Shown piece by piece: positions 24,773 to 38,590 of a stretch of 64,000 nt of DNA. The DNA comes from Mobula hypostoma. Its lineage: Eukaryota. The stretch lies in the NCBI RefSeq assembly GCF_963921235.1, contig NC_086097.1, positions 102,178,001-102,242,000 on the forward strand, read 5' to 3'. The translations under genes were made by a program, and so were the position numbers. How positions within the stretch are numbered: position 1 is the stretch's first letter; every line of letters begins with the position of its first letter. Below the pieces are notes generated by a model. The model did not search any database. It had not been told where the DNA came from and saw only the letters and a program-made list of their open reading frames with translations.

Positions 24773-27289
24773 TATGAACTAAGCACAGAGCTACAAAGAT
24801 AAAACAGAATTTTGGATACAACTGGATGGGTCAACTGCACAAAACAATGAGCCATTGCTAATGGTGTATGTACAGTTTATCAGAAATGGAAAACTTTACG
24901 AAGAGATTCTCTTTTGTAAGTTAAAAACAAGTATCAACAGAGAATCAATCTACAACAAGCTCAAAATGTTTATTGAGGATAAAAGTCTTCTGATTAGGAA
25001 CACGATTTCTCGTGCAACAGATGAAGCATCACATATGACAGGTCGCCATGCTGGTTTAGTGGCATTCATGAATAGAAAAATTCTAAGTCTGTTTGCAATC
25101 CATTGTGTCATTCATCAACATCTCACAGCCAAAAACCTCAGCCAGTAACTTTTTTCAACCATGACTCTTGTAGTATCTGCTATCAACAAAATTAAAGCTC
25201 ATCTATTAAACAGCAGAATATTTCACCAGTTACGCTAAAACAACAATGAAGAGTTTGAACACTTGCTTCTTCACACTGAAGTGCACTGGCTGTCAAAAGG
25301 CCGCTGCTTAAAATGTTTCTTTGATCTTTTTGACACTATGTTTGAATTTTTGCTCAAAGTCAACAAGAGCTTGGGAAACAAGACTGAACATCCACATGGA
25401 GGTGTGGCATATTAGCTGATCTGTATGACGTAATGAACATTCTAAATAAGAAACTGCAGGGTCAGAATTTCAATTTAATCCACGCAAAAAGTGCAGTGTC
25501 CATTTTTAGTAGAAAACTGGAAATGTATAAGCAAAACATTGGGAGAAGAATGTTCTCAGTTTCCCTACATGGAAAATATGGTACTTTCACAGACAGAGAT
25601 TTTCAAGAGTGCTGCTTACACCTGCAGTCACCGAAAAAGCATTTTCAGAAACGATTTAAGAATTTGAATGATCTGGAAATTCCAGACTCGGTAATTAACC
25701 CATTTCTTTGCAAGGTAGAAGAACAGGAAGAAAGCTTGCAAAAAAAAATATTAAAATTCAGAATGATGAAGAAGCAAAAATGCTTTTCTAAAATGTTGGG
25801 TTTTGTGGTATGTGGCTACACTGTCATACAAAGTTTGCTGGTTTTTGGAGAAGAGCCAAATTGCTCTTCATCGTATTTCCATCCTCCTACCTCGTTTAAA
25901 GAGGCTTCAGTACAGTGCACCACATACTCACAAAAACAGAAACTACTTGGACATTGTTACACGTGGGGACTTAAGGCTTTTGCTGTCACAACTTGAACCA
26001 GATGTTTCAACTCTTGCTAAAAACCAGTAAGCACAAGGATCACATTATATTGAAGCTGCTGTACAGTGCACAGGTACAGTGTAAGCTAGGTTTAATTTTC
26101 TCATGTTAGCATATGGTAGATATGTTTTTACACTATGAAAGTTTATTGTACCTAAGAGGGATGTTGGCATTTCTGAAGCTGCTTTAGGGGACATGAGATT
26201 AAAAACGTTAGGAAAACATTGGGCTAACCTAATCATATGGAGAGAAAACTAAACCCCTGGAAAATTTCAAATAACTTGACTAATTTCTCTCCCTTTCAAG
26301 CAGCAACTTCCAGGCCATCTCAGAGACCATTTTCCTTATCAACCTTCTCATCTTTCTTTAAACCTCTTCCCCTAGGTTCTGACCCCTGTTAAGGGAAACA
26401 GGCCCTTCCTCATAACCCTGTCTCAAGCCCTTAACAGCTTATACTCCCCTCCGTCTCATTCAGCCTTTCCTCATAACTACAATTCTCCTGACTTGGCAGT
26501 GCTGTCCTCTGCACCCTTTCCATTTAGTGATCAGAAATGCACATCACAAAGCTAACCAACACATCCTCTCAGGTTTTTATCATCTATGCGATCTGGGGGG
26601 GGGGGCCTCCTTTTCAACCATGCATTAAGCAGTCTTTCTCGCTTTGCAAATGTATGCTCCAAGGTTAACCTTTCCATTCATTGTGTATTCCTTGCCTTGT
26701 TGCATCTTCCCAAATGCAGTACTTTGTTTCAATTCCGTTTGCCACTCATGGTAGAGTCCACCTTCCTGCACCCTGAAGCTTGTTAGCTGCAAGTATCATC
26801 GCCACGCATCTTTATACTGTAAACGATTCGTATCAGTGAGCATGCGATGAGAGAGCAGCAGAGGCAACATTACAGAAAGGATGTGGCTTTTTCTAACACA
26901 GTTGATTTACATTGAAATGTATTAAGCCCCAAGGAACCCCAGCTGATATCCTTATAGTCAAGGGAAATCTTCTCTGTTTCTCTCTCTTGGATAGGCACGT
27001 GCGTGTGCACAGAATGAAGGAATATGGACGCTGAAGGGGTCAATTTAATTACATCTTTAAGTCACAGTTTAATGAGTTTGATACAACATTGTGGGCTGGA
27101 AGCCTGCTCCTGTGATGTTCTGTTCAAAGTTCTAAAAGACACAATCATTATCCTTTGCTTTCTATTCCTTGGCTGGTTTGTACCTCGCTTAACATTCTTT
27201 TGTACTTCTATACACCTTCCTTTTCCAACCAGCTTACGCGGGTCCTCATCAAATTTTTGCTGAAATCTACTCACACTACGTCACTGCCT

Positions 27290-28190
27290 TCATCTGGCTG
27301 CTGTGGTTTCAATTACAACTTGGCATTCAACACCATCATCCCGAGTGTTAGTCGCCAAACTTTTCAGCCTGGGCTTTTGTACCTTCCTCCGCAAAGGGAC
27401 CCTCAACTTCCTCATCGGTAGACCACAGTCTCTACAGATGGGTGATAACATCTCCACCTCAATGAAAATTAATACAGGCACATCTCAACAATGCATGCTT
27501 AGCCCACTGTTCTACTCTCTCTACACTCATGAATGTGGGGCTAAGCACAGTTCAAATGCCATTTATAAATTCACAGATGAAACCAATATTGTTGACAAAA
27601 TCTCAGAGGGCGATGACAAGGGAGATGGATCGTTGATTTAATGGGGTCACAACGACAACCTGGCACTCAATGCCAACAAGCCAAGGAATTAATTGTGGAC
27701 TCCAAGAAGGGGAGGTCAGGAGAACACACACCAGTGCTCAGTGAGTGGAAAGGAGGAGGAGATTCAGCATCTCACCAAAGACTCTTGCAAATTTCTACAC
27801 ATGTCCAGCGGAGAGCATTACGACCGGTTGCATCATCACTTGCAACACAGGCACCAATGCGCAGTGTAGACTCGGCCAACGACAAGGACATCTTCAGCAG
27901 GCAGTGCCTCAAGAAGATGGCATCCATCTTTAAGGACCACCACCATTCAGGAGATGCCCTCTTTCTGTTACAATCATCAGTGACAAGTTACAGGAGCCTG
28001 ATGACCCACTCTCAATCATCTTGAAACAGCTCCTCCCCCTCTTCCAACGGATCTCTGAATGATTCATGAATGCTAGCTCATTATTCCTTCTTTTTGTACT
28101 TTTTAAAATAATTTATTTATATTTTTGAACCTTACTGCAGCTGCTAAACAACAAACTTCATGTTGTAAGACAGTAATAATAAACATTTTT
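27290..28190 (+). mobile_element. Degraded Rex1/Babar LINE
   Basis: LSPLFYSLYTHEC..SSNAIYKFTD and CLKKMASIFKD motifs. Confidence 0.8.
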
Positions 28191-29462
28191 AAATAACAGT
28201 ACAATAAAAGAAATTCCCTAACAATCTTACACACTCCTATGGCCAGAGAAAATTAAAAAGTGAGATCAGAGTTCCTTCATTTTCCTCCCTCACAGGACCA
28301 TCCTGGAATTTATTCATCTAGGCCTGACTTATAAAGATCTCAAATCCTTAATACTTTTACCAAAATTACCAAGCAGTATTTCACTCCTCGTGCACTAACA
28401 ATAACATCAGCATCATCCCGCTCTTCTGTAAGGACAGTCACAGTGTATTAATAAAGAATTCCACCCACACCCTCTGCCTCCACACAGGTTACCTTCATCA
28501 TCCCCAATAGTCCATATTCATTCCTTTGTCATCCTCATCTTCATCATGAATTTATTAATCATCTTTGCATTTTCCATCTGCCATGTTAGCTGCCAGAGTT
28601 TTTTCATGCTATCTCTTTGTTTTTCTAATTCCCTTTTAATTTCATCCCAATACTTTCTAAACTCTTCCAGTGTGGCACAGCCCTCAATGCTATGCCAAAC
28701 TAATTAAGCTAATGACTCCCAATCTGGGAACATCCCCTGAATTTCTTACCCAGCACCTTCCAAGACCAATTTACCTTCACGCTGCTGTTTGCAGTCTGTC
28801 ACTAAATCATTCTTGACTCCTGCCTCCAATTTTCAGTTCTGCCTTTGTGCATCCAAATCTCACGCATTTTCCCATTGTACTGCCAAGCTATTGTCAACCC
28901 TCCCTAACAGCATGACTAAACCCAGCTGAACGTTTGTCCTAAATCCTGAAGCACAACTTTCAGAATGTCCAGATGCACTTCCCTGAACCAGTCCCGATGC
29001 CCAGGAACTGGAAGCCCTCCCGCCTTCAACCTTTCTCCAGTCTGAATTGTCTGTACCCACTAGCAGTGACGTCAGCAATAATCCACATACTTAAGAGCTT
29101 AATAGTTTTCTTGTTTAATTAATACCTGCTGGAAGGCCTCATCCTACCAAAGTTGCTGGTACCAACAAAAACCTCAGCTTTTGGTTGTTGAACACCCTAC
29201 ACCAAAATATTCTGCTCCTGCAGCTTCAGAATCCTTGTATGTTTCCACAACCTTCCTCTCCATGTCTGCACAGCTAAACCACTGTGGTGCTGCTTCTGAG
29301 AGGAACCCTCTCCCTGTTGAGTATTCAGGATCAAATACTGCTCAGGGAACAACGCGTCCTCCAGGACGCCTGGTGTTTTTGGTCTGCATCTGTCACCTTG
29401 CTGCATACAGGTATGCACTTGAGCTGTGGTACGAGCCGTCAGTAAATCCGATGGATTGCAGT

Positions 29463-29962
29463 GTCATAGTCATAGTCATACTTTATTGATCCCGGGGAAA
29501 TTGGTTTTCATTACAGTTGCACCATAAATAATTAAATAGTAATAAAACCATAAATAGTTAAATAGTAATATGTAAATTATGCCAGGAAATAAGTCCAGGA
29601 CCAGCCTATTGGCTCAGGGTGTCTGACCCTCCAAGGGAGGAGTTGTAAAGTTTGATGGCCACAGGCAGGAATGACTTCCTATGACGCTCTGTGTTGCACC
29701 TGGGTGGAATGAGTCTCTGGCTGAATGTACTCCTGTGCCCACCCAGTACATTATGTAGTGGATGGGAGACATTGTCAAAGATGGCATGCAACTTCAACAG
29801 CATCCTCTTTTCAGACACCACCATCAGAGAGTCCAGTTCCATCCCCACAACATCACTGGCCTTGCGTATGAGTTTGTTGATTCTGTTGGTGTCTGCAACC
29901 CTCAGCCTGCTGTCCCAGCACACAACAGCAAACACGATCACACTAGCCACCACAGACTCGCT
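29463..29962 (-). mobile_element. Young Rex1/Babar 3' fragment, same subfamily as 13491-14352
   Basis: Near-identical ORF C-terminus and (atgact)n tail. Confidence 0.9.
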
Positions 29963-30403
29963 ACTCAATCTCAAAATTCTTGAGTCTGAGCCCCTAATGC
30001 CGCTTGCACTATAGCTGCCCCAGTCAGAGAAAACATACATTGAAATATAACCCTATGTTTAAGAGATGTATTGGAAAGCCACTGGAATTTGTGTTTAGAG
30101 ACACATTTGTATTTCTAGTAGTAGGGCGAAGACAAGAACACAGGCATTCAGGTTACAACAGGGTTCCTTTCCCGTGAGCTGTACCCCAAACTGTTTGAAA
30201 GCCAGAAATGACCAGAGACGGTGTGTGGGAGAGGGTCACAGTGACAACTGAGTTGGGAGAGCGAGCAGGTATGGGAAGAACAGCCGCTAGCTAGCCTCAG
30301 CGAACAAATCTGCTCAGCCCCACCCAGCCAACGCTCCATTCTCACCCAGCAGGCTCGTAACAGCTGGCAAATCCACCCCATCTTTCCCGCTGGTTTTTAA
30401 ATA

Positions 30404-31135
30404 CAGTGAATTTTGGCTAATTGCAACTAGTACATGTTGGCCCAATTAAGCAGCTGCCCCAGTTAGCTGAAGTTTCATGGATATAGTTAAAAAGGTGTAA
30501 AAAGACATTAGGTATTTAAATGAAATACAGAACAAATTAGAACTACTGCAGTATTATAAAACTGTGCATTAGTTCCTAATACTTACCTGAGGGATTCAAC
30601 CGTGTCGTGTTCTTTTGACTGTAAATGAACAAAATCCACACAAACATCCAATGCAGATAATGGTCTGCCATAACACAATGCAATCACATCCTCCAAAAAT
30701 CTTCATCGCAACGTTCAGGATGATTGTCATACTTTCAAACTTTTTATAGTTTCTAACTTATTGAAGTAGTGAAATCATTTCGTTTTCATTCCCAGTCATT
30801 TCTGACATTTCCAAGCCTGAATGTTTGAAACTGCAGTGAGAGAAGCAGTTCTGAGTTGTCACTGCTTTTTGAACACAAACACACACACGTGAGGCTATTT
30901 AAAAACTGCTCACTTGAAGCACAGTGTACTGTCTGAAAGCCATGCACACACACGTGACTGGTGCTAGTTAGAAACTGTTCAGCAAAAGGCTCCTATCCCC
31001 AACTAAGAGGCGTAGTGTCCCAAATAAATGAAGGGAATCCAGGCTATTTTCTCGATTATTTTTGGTTCTTTAATAATTATCCCAAATAAACGAGTGCTCC
31101 AATTAACCAAAGGCCTAATTAATTGGAATCCACTG
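30404..31135. mobile_element. Tigger/pogo-type non-autonomous DNA transposon (MITE)
   Basis: TA-cagtgaattttggctaatt ... aattaattggaatccactg-TA imperfect TIRs with TA TSD. Confidence 0.75.
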
Positions 31136-31529
31136 TATAGCTTTGTATGTACAGGATATCCACGGGTTGTGCATTCATAACCTCAAGGGCCTGTACAAGT
31201 GATAAAGATCTGAAATGCAATGTCTGAATGAATGTTGGAACTCAGCACCAGCTTCCAACAGGACTTTGTTAAAATGCCTGAGCAGGGAAGAATAGTTACT
31301 TTGAAAAGCCATAAAAGGTACAATGGGCTTAATAGCCAACCTCCTCTCTATAATGGACATGGACATGCAATTTAAAGAAAAAATTCATCAGAATTTGTAC
31401 GTGGGGGCATGTTTGTGTCTCTACAATAAGTGCTTTATTTGAGTTTAGTTTGAGTTTGGGGTTTCAATGAGCTGGGGAGGCAACAGAGACTATTGTTTGT
31501 TGGTCTGTGTCACTGTTTACTGTTGTGCA

Positions 31530-31652
31530 CAGCAGGTCAAGCAGCATCTGTGGAGCAGAGAGACAGTTGATGTTTAGGCTCAAGACACTGCGTCACTGCC
31601 TTAATCTGCTGAGCTCCTCCAGTAAGTTGTATTTGCTCCATATTACAGCATC
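31530..31652. mobile_element. Old Penelope pLTR fold-back remnant
   Basis: agcaggtcaagcagcatctgtgg ... ctgctgagctcctccag...cagcatct. Confidence 0.55.
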
Positions 31653-32005
31653 TTCAGGCCCTTGTGCTTAGAGTCTCAGAGAAGTACAGCAGAAAACCAG
31701 GCCCTTCAGCTCCCCTAGTCCATGCTGGACCAAACTGTATAGTCATATCGACCATAGTCCTACCATTCACATACCTATCCAAACTTCTCTTAAATGTTGA
31801 AATCGAGCTGCATGCACCACTGGCAGCTCGTTCCACACTCTCACCCTCTAAGTGAAGCGTCCCCACATGGTCCCCTTAAACACTTCACCTTCCACCCTTA
31901 ATCCATAGCCCCTAGTTGTAGTCCCAACCAAACTCGGTGCAAAAAGCCTGCTTGCTTAGACCCCTCATAATTTTGTACATCTCCACCAAATCTCCCCTCG
32001 GTCTT

Positions 32006-32943
32006 AGAACATAAGAAATAGAAGCAGGAGTCGGCCATCTGGCCCATCGAGCCTGCTCCACCATTCCAATAAGATCATGGCTGATCTGGCCATGGACTCA
32101 TCTCCACCTACCTGCCTTTTTCCCATAACCCTCAATTCCCCTACTTTAAAAAAAACTATCCGACCTTGTCTTAAATATATTTACTGAGATAGCCTCCACT
32201 GCTTCATTGGGTAGAGAATTCCACAGATTCACCACTCTCTGGGCAAACCAGTTCCTCCTCATCTCCGTCCTAAATTTACTCCCTCGAATCTTGAGACTAT
32301 GACCCCCAGTTCTAGTCTCACCTACTAGTGGAAATAACTTTATCTTATCTATCCCTTTCATTATTTTATATGTTTCTATAAGATTTCCTCTCATTCTTCT
32401 AAATCCAGCAAATACAGTCCAAGGCAACCTCAATCTCTCTTCATTGTCTAACCCCCTCATCTCTGGAATCGACCTGGTGAACCTCCTCTGCACTGCCTCC
32501 AAAGCCAGTGTATCCTGCTTCAAGTAAGGAGACCAGAAACGCACAGAGTACTCCAGGTGTGGCCTCACCAGTACCCTGTACAGTTGCAGCAAAACATTCC
32601 TGGTCTTAAATTCAATCCCTCTAGCAATGAAGGCCAACATTCCATTTGCCTTCTTGATGGCCTGCTGCACCTGCAAACCAACCTTTTGTGATTCATGCAC
32701 AAGCACTCCCAAGTCCCTCTGCACAGCAGTATGCTGCAATCTTTGACAATTTAAATAATAACCCGCTTTTTCATTTTTCCTTCCAAAGTGGATGCCCTCG
32801 CATTTACCAACTTTTCATTCCAACTGCCAGACCCTTGCCCACTCACTTAACCTAGCTATATCTCTCTGCAGACTCTCCTGAACAACTTGCTTTTCCACTC
32901 AATTTAGAGTCATCAGCAAACTTAGTTACACTATGTTCACTAT
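32006..32943 (-). mobile_element. Younger CR1 3' fragment
   Basis: 197-aa ORF RDLGVLV..LYRVLVRPHLEY..NLWNSLP; TSD gtctt. Confidence 0.9.
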
Positions 32944-33034
32944 GTCTTCTATGTTCCAAAGAATAAAGTCCCAAGCTATTCAATCTTCCTTATGACACAG
33001 GTACTTCAAACCCAGCCACATCCTTGTAAATTTT

Positions 33035-33222
33035 AAACACTAACAAGAGAAAATCTGCAGATGCTGGAAATCCAAGCAACACACTCAAAATGCTGGAAGA
33101 ACTCAGCAGGCCAGGCAGCATCTATGGAAAAGAGTACAGTCAATGTTTTGGCCCAAAACATTGACTGCATTCTTTTACTAGATGCTGCCTGGCCTGCGGA
33201 GTTCCTTCAGCATTTTGTGTGT
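33035..33222 (-). mobile_element. Penelope-derived fold-back mini-insertion with ~14-bp TSD
   Basis: TSD tccttgtaa(a)tttt on both sides; hairpin apex caatgttttgg|cccaaaacattg corresponds to hammerhead stem II/GAAAC. Confidence 0.85.
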
Positions 33223-33366
33223 TCCTTGTAATTTTCTGCTGTACTCTTTCAACCTTATTTACATCTTTCCTATAAGTAGGTAACCAAAACTGCACACACT
33301 ACTCTAAATTAGGCTTCAACAACACTTCATACAACTTCAACATAACATCTCATCTCCTGTACTGAA

Positions 33367-34015
33367 TGATAAAGTTTAAGGGAATGGGGGATTCTCAGAT
33401 CCCTGTAAACAATGTATAAAGTACTGACTATGTCTGTGACTGCAGTGTGTTTGAATAATGTCTCACAGCTGCTTTCTTTGGAGTAAGATAAGGGTTAAAG
33501 TTCACCCAGATCCACATCAGATGTCTCTGGGCTTTTCACACCTTTTGATTTTGACAAAATTGGACAGAACATTCCTTTCTTAATTAAAGCATAAATTTGA
33601 CAGATGTTCTTATCTTTGTAATTAAGTTGTGGCTCCAGCAAACCAGGTAGGACATTCTTTTCTTTAATTAAGGTGGCTGGAGTGTCTAACAATTTGATTG
33701 TACTTTTGTATCAATAGTCCATTGACTTGAGCGGAATAGTTATCAAACTGATTGCCCTTTGTATCAATAGTCCATTGACTTGGCCGGAATGGTTATCAAA
33801 CTGATTGTTCTTTTGTATCAGTGGCCTTATAACTTCTGACAATTCTGACATCAGGCAGTGAACTTGTAGAACCGCCGGGGAGATGAGAAAGGGTCTCTCC
33901 CTGATGTCCAGTCCAAGTTCACTCGCCGGCTGAGCTCGAAGAAATAAACGGGTGAAAAGATAAGTAACGATCTTTTTGTGCTGTCGTTATTTGATCTAGC
34001 AAAGTTACGTTTACA
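33367..34015 (+). mobile_element. Solo LTR (ERV- or Gypsy-type)
   Basis: TG...CA ends with imperfect inverted termini (tgataaagt/acgtttaca), gaa(t) duplication of the CR1 host, 53-bp direct repeats, TATA-like ttataa and AATAAA near 33943. Confidence 0.75.
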
Positions 34016-35787
34016 GAATACTTTGATTTATGAAGATCGATGTGCTAAAAGCTTTCTTTACAACCCTACCTGTGACACCACTTTCAATTAATTATGGACG
34101 TGTATTCACTGATCCCTTTATTCAACTACACTCCTTCACTATGCAAGACCCACCCTGGTCTGTCCTCTCACCGTGCAACACCTCACACTTGTCTGCATTA
34201 AATTTCATCTGCCATTTTTTAGCTCCTTTTTCCCGCTGACGGAGAAACCTCTACAAGCTATGATAGTCTTCCTCACTGTTCCCCAAATCCTCTATCTTGG
34301 TGTCATCCACAGATTTGCTGATCCAGTTAACCACATTATCATCCAGATCATTGATAAAGATGACAAACAACAATGGACCCAGCACCGATCCCTGCGGCAC
34401 TCCACCAGTCACTGGCCTCCAGTCAGAGAGGCAACCATCTACTACCACTCTCTGGCTTCTCCCACAAAGCCACTGCCTAATCCAATTTACTACCTCATCT
34501 TGAATGCCGAGCAACTGAACTTTCTTGACCAACCTCCCGTGAGGGAACTTGTCATATGCTTTGCTAAAATCCATGTAGACAACATCCACTGTCTTGCCTT
34601 TATCAACTTCCCTCATAACTTCCTGGAAAAACTAAGATTCATTAGACGTGAGCTACCACACACAAAGCCATGAAGACTATCCCTGATCAGTCCACATCTA
34701 TCCAAATACTCATATATCCACCTGGTCCCTTAGAAAACCCTCCAATAACTTTCCCACTACTGATGTGGGGCTCACCGGCCTATAATTTCCTGGTTTATTT
34801 TTAAAGCCTTTCTTAAACAGCAGAACAACATTAGCTATCCTCCAATCCCTCGGAACCTCAACAGGCATTAAAGATGATTTAAATATCTCTGCTAGGACCC
34901 CTTCAATTTCTGCACTTGCTTCCCACAGGGTCCAAGGAAACACCTTGTCACCCCCTGGGGATTTATCCACCCTAATTTTCCTCAAGATAGCAAACACCTC
35001 CTCCTCTGTAATCTGTATAGGGTCCATGACTTCACTGCAGTTTTGCCTCACTTCTATAGACTCTGTCTCTTGAGTAAATACAGATGCAAAAAATCCATTT
35101 AAGGCCTCCCCCATCTCTTCTGGCTCCACACATGGATTACCATTCTGATCTGCCAGAGGACCAATTTTGTCCCTGCAAACCTTTTGCTCTTAACATATCT
35201 GTAGAATCCCTTAGGATTTTCCTTCACCTTGTCTGCAAGGGAAACCTCCTGCCTTCTTTCAATCATCCTGATTTCTTGAATGTTCTCTTGCATTTCTTAT
35301 ACTCCATAAGCACTTCATTTATTCCTACTTTTTTTAAAATTATTAAATATCCCTTGAAAACCAAACTTCTCTAAACACGTTATTTTTTACCTTATATCCT
35401 AATAGGCACATTCAAGCTTTGTACTCTCAAAATTTCACTTTTCAAGGTCTCCCACTTGACAAGTATAACTTTGCCAGAAAACAGCCTGTCCCAATCCCCA
35501 CTTTCCAGATCCTTTCTGATACCATCAAAATTGGCCTTTCTCTAATTTAGAATCTCAAACCATGGACCAAACTTATCTTTTTGCATACTTACCCTGAAAT
35601 TAATGGCATTGTGGTCACTGGATGCGAAGTGTTGCCCTACACAAACTTCTGACACCTGCTCTGTCTCATTGCCTAACGGCAGATAAAGTATTGCACACTC
35701 TGTTGGGACTTCTACGTACTGATTAAGGAAACTTTCCTGAATACATTTGACAACCTCTATCCTGTGCATTTCTTTTACAATATATGA

Positions 35788-36920
35788 ATTCCAAATAAAC
35801 TGATTCCAAAGCTCTAGAACCTGGGCCTTAGCACTCAGATCTGCAGCTGGATCTTCAACTTCCTCACAGACAGGACCCAGGCTGTAAAAATAGGGGACAA
35901 GCTCTCCTCTACAATCACTCTGAGCACCGGTGCCCCACAAGGCTGTGTACTCAGCCCCTGCTGTACTCACTGTACACCCATGATTGTGTAGTCAAGTTTC
36001 CATCAAACTCAATATATAAGTTTGCTGATGACACAACAATTGTAGGCCGTATCTCGGGTAATAATGAGTTTGAGTACAGAGAGGAAATTAAGAACCTGGT
36101 GGCATGGTGCGAAGACAATAACCTATCCCTCAACGTCAGCAAGACGAAGGAATTGGTTGTTGACTTCAGAAGGAGTAGTGGACCGCACGACCCAATTTAC
36201 ATCAGTGGTGCGCAAGTGGAACAGGTCAAAAGCTTTAAGTTCCTCGAGGTCAATATCACAAATGACCTGACTTGGTCCAACCAAGCAGAGTCCACTGCCA
36301 AGAAGGCCCACCAGCACCTCTACTTCCTGAGAAAACTGAAGAAATTTGGCCTGTCCCCTAAAACCCTCACTAATTTTTATAGATGCACCATAGAAAGCAT
36401 TCTTCTAGGGTGCATCACAACCTGGTATGGAAGTTGTCCTGTCCAAGATCGGAAGAAGCTACAGAAGATCGTGAACACAGCGCAGCACATCACACAAACC
36501 AATCTTCCATCCGTGGACTCACTTTACACCACACGCTGTCGGAGCAGTGCTGCCAGGATAATCAAGGACACGATCCACCCAGCCAACACACTTTTCGTCC
36601 CTCTTCCCTCCGGGAGAAGGCTCAGGAGCTTGAAGACTCGTACGGCCAGATTTGGGAACAGCTTCTTTCCAACTGTGATAAGACTGCTGAACGGATCCTG
36701 ACCGGGATCTGGGCCGCATCCTCCAAATATCCGGACCTGCCTCTCGGTTTTTTTGCACTACCTTACTTTCCATTTTTCTATTTTCTATTTATGATTTATA
36801 ATTTAAATTTTAATATTTACTATCGATTTGTAATCCAGGGAGTGAGAAGTGCAGAATCAAATATCGCTGTGATGATTGTACGTTCTAGTATCGATTGTTT
36901 GGCGACAATAAAATATAAAG
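35788..36920 (+). mobile_element. Young Rex1/Babar LINE 3' part
   Basis: TGAPQGCVL and KFADDTT; 200-aa open C-terminus WCEDNNLSLNVSKTKELVVDFRR...SFFPTVIRLLN; aataaa tail. Confidence 0.92.
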
Positions 36921-37769
36921 TCTTCCAGTCACTATGTGGAAAGTTAAAAATCACCTCCTATAACAACCTTATGGTTCTTGCAACAGCCTGTGATCTCTAC
37001 AGATTTGTTCCTCTAAATCCCACAGACTGTTGGGTGGTCTATAATCTCACCCCATTAACATGGTCATACCTTTCTTATTCCTCAGTTCCACCCATAAATC
37101 CTGACTAGACGAGTTCTCCAGTCTGTCCTGACTGAGCACTACCATGACATTTTCCAACTAGTAACACCACCCCTCCCCCTTTAATCCTTCCTGCTCCGTC
37201 ATGTCTAAAACAGAACCCCGGAATATTGAGCTGCAGTCCTGCCCCTCCCTCACTAATCATAATTCTATCAGTTAATCCATGTCCTAAGCTCATCTGCCTT
37301 TCCTACAATACTTCCTGCACTGAAATATACGCAGCTTCATGCTCAACGTTTTGAGTCCTGATTTTGTCAGAGGTCTGAACAACACCCGTCTTCACAACCT
37401 CTCCACTATCTATGCTGGCCCTCTGGTTCCCATGCCTCTGCAAGTCTAGTTTAAACCACCTCCCCCCTCCCCCCAATGCAGCACCAGTAAACCTCCCCCT
37501 TAGGATATTTGTCCCCTTCAGTTCATGTGCAGTTTCCACTGTTCAGCATTGGCTTTGTCATGGGATATCTTCACTGCATCGCAAAGCCCTAGGCAAATCC
37601 TTGCTCAGGCGGCCCCAGAAAGAGCAATCCTGGAAGCAGTCTGCACAAATATGACCTGCCTTGCTACCCCATTGTTGCTTATTTTACTTACAGAACAAAG
37701 AGGGACCACTTGGTATGCTATCACAGCCAAAGTTTTGCCCACACATCTGGACAGGTTACTAACCTATGA

Positions 37770-38590
37770 TGCATCAATGTCTTTACTTTCTTGGCAGCTT
37801 AAGGAGGTGAAGCTTGTCACAAAACACTAACAAGCTTCTTTCAATGTACTGTTAAAAGTATGCTGACTGCTTGCATCATGGGCTGGGATGGCAATTTGGA
37901 TGTGCAAAACTGCAGACGGTAATGGGCTCCGCCTTACACCTTGCGGACATACCCTTCCCCACCATCAGTAGGAACCTCATGAGGCACTCACAACATGCTG
38001 GAGTAACTCAGCAGGTCGGGCAGCATCCGTGGAAACGATCAGTCAACGTTTCGGGCCAGAACCCTTCCTCCTGTCGAAGGGTTCCAGCCCGAAACGTTGA
38101 CTGATCATTTCCACGGATGCTGCCCGAGCTGCTGAGTTCCTCCAGCGAGTTGTGAATGTTGCTTTGACCCCAGCATCTGTAAAGTATTTTGTGTTCGCAT
38201 GAGGCACTGCCCCAAGGAGGCAACATCCAAAGGCCCTCACTATCCACACCATGCCACTTTCTTGTAGCCCCCTCTGGGCAGGAAGAACAAACACAGATTT
38301 CCACAGCACTAGGTTCAGGGACAGCTACTGCCCTTCAACCATTTGGTTCTCCAACTAACAAGCACAAGCCTGATGACTGCAGTAGATCAATACTACAACC
38401 ACGAGGCAATCTGCACTAAAATAGATTTTGTTTTGTTTTATGTTGTTTCGTGTAAAATTGTGCATAATCTACGTTTAATTTAGGAATTTCTTGTGAATAC
38501 TGCCCGTAAGATACCATGTACCTGTGATGCACTGCAACTAAGATTCTCATTGCTCCTGTGGTTACATCTGACAATAAACACAGCTATGAC
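37770..38590 (+). mobile_element. Degraded Rex1/Babar 3' end
   Basis: Degenerate C-terminal motifs; tail tgacaataaac. Confidence 0.6.
37989..38197 (+). mobile_element. Penelope-derived fold-back mini-insertion with 11-bp TSD
   Basis: TSD catgaggcact (37978-37988, 38198-38208). Apex next to CTGtCGA-agggttccagccc-GAAAC-GTT-gactg (38071-38103). Confidence 0.9.

Larger units (their letters stand above)
17161..26221 (+). mobile_element. Full-length but inactive hAT-Charlie/Buster DNA transposon with nested insertions
   Basis: TIRs cagtgattcccaa (17161) and ttaggaaaacattg (to 26221); 8-bp TSD ggcTAcca/ggcTAacc. Transposase pieces: MDKY (~17917), LSNEATKPSRL (~20830), EEILFC..TDEASHM..IHCVIHQ (24855-25148) and HTEVHWLSKG (~25275). 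Confidence 0.85.
31670..37520 (-). mobile_element. Long CR1 LINE (tail to endonuclease) hosting four younger insertions
   Basis: Colinear CR1 ORF2 pieces: [32 protein letters not shown] and SDHN. Confidence 0.9.

Noticed and set aside
24855..26030. Domesticated ZBED5/FAM200-type gene
   Set aside because: Multiple stops and frameshifts, nested insertions, and TIRs with a TSD show a dead transposon.
27062..27274. Possible extra minus-strand exon
   Set aside because: No pyrimidine tract or homology, and the flanking exons already join in phase.
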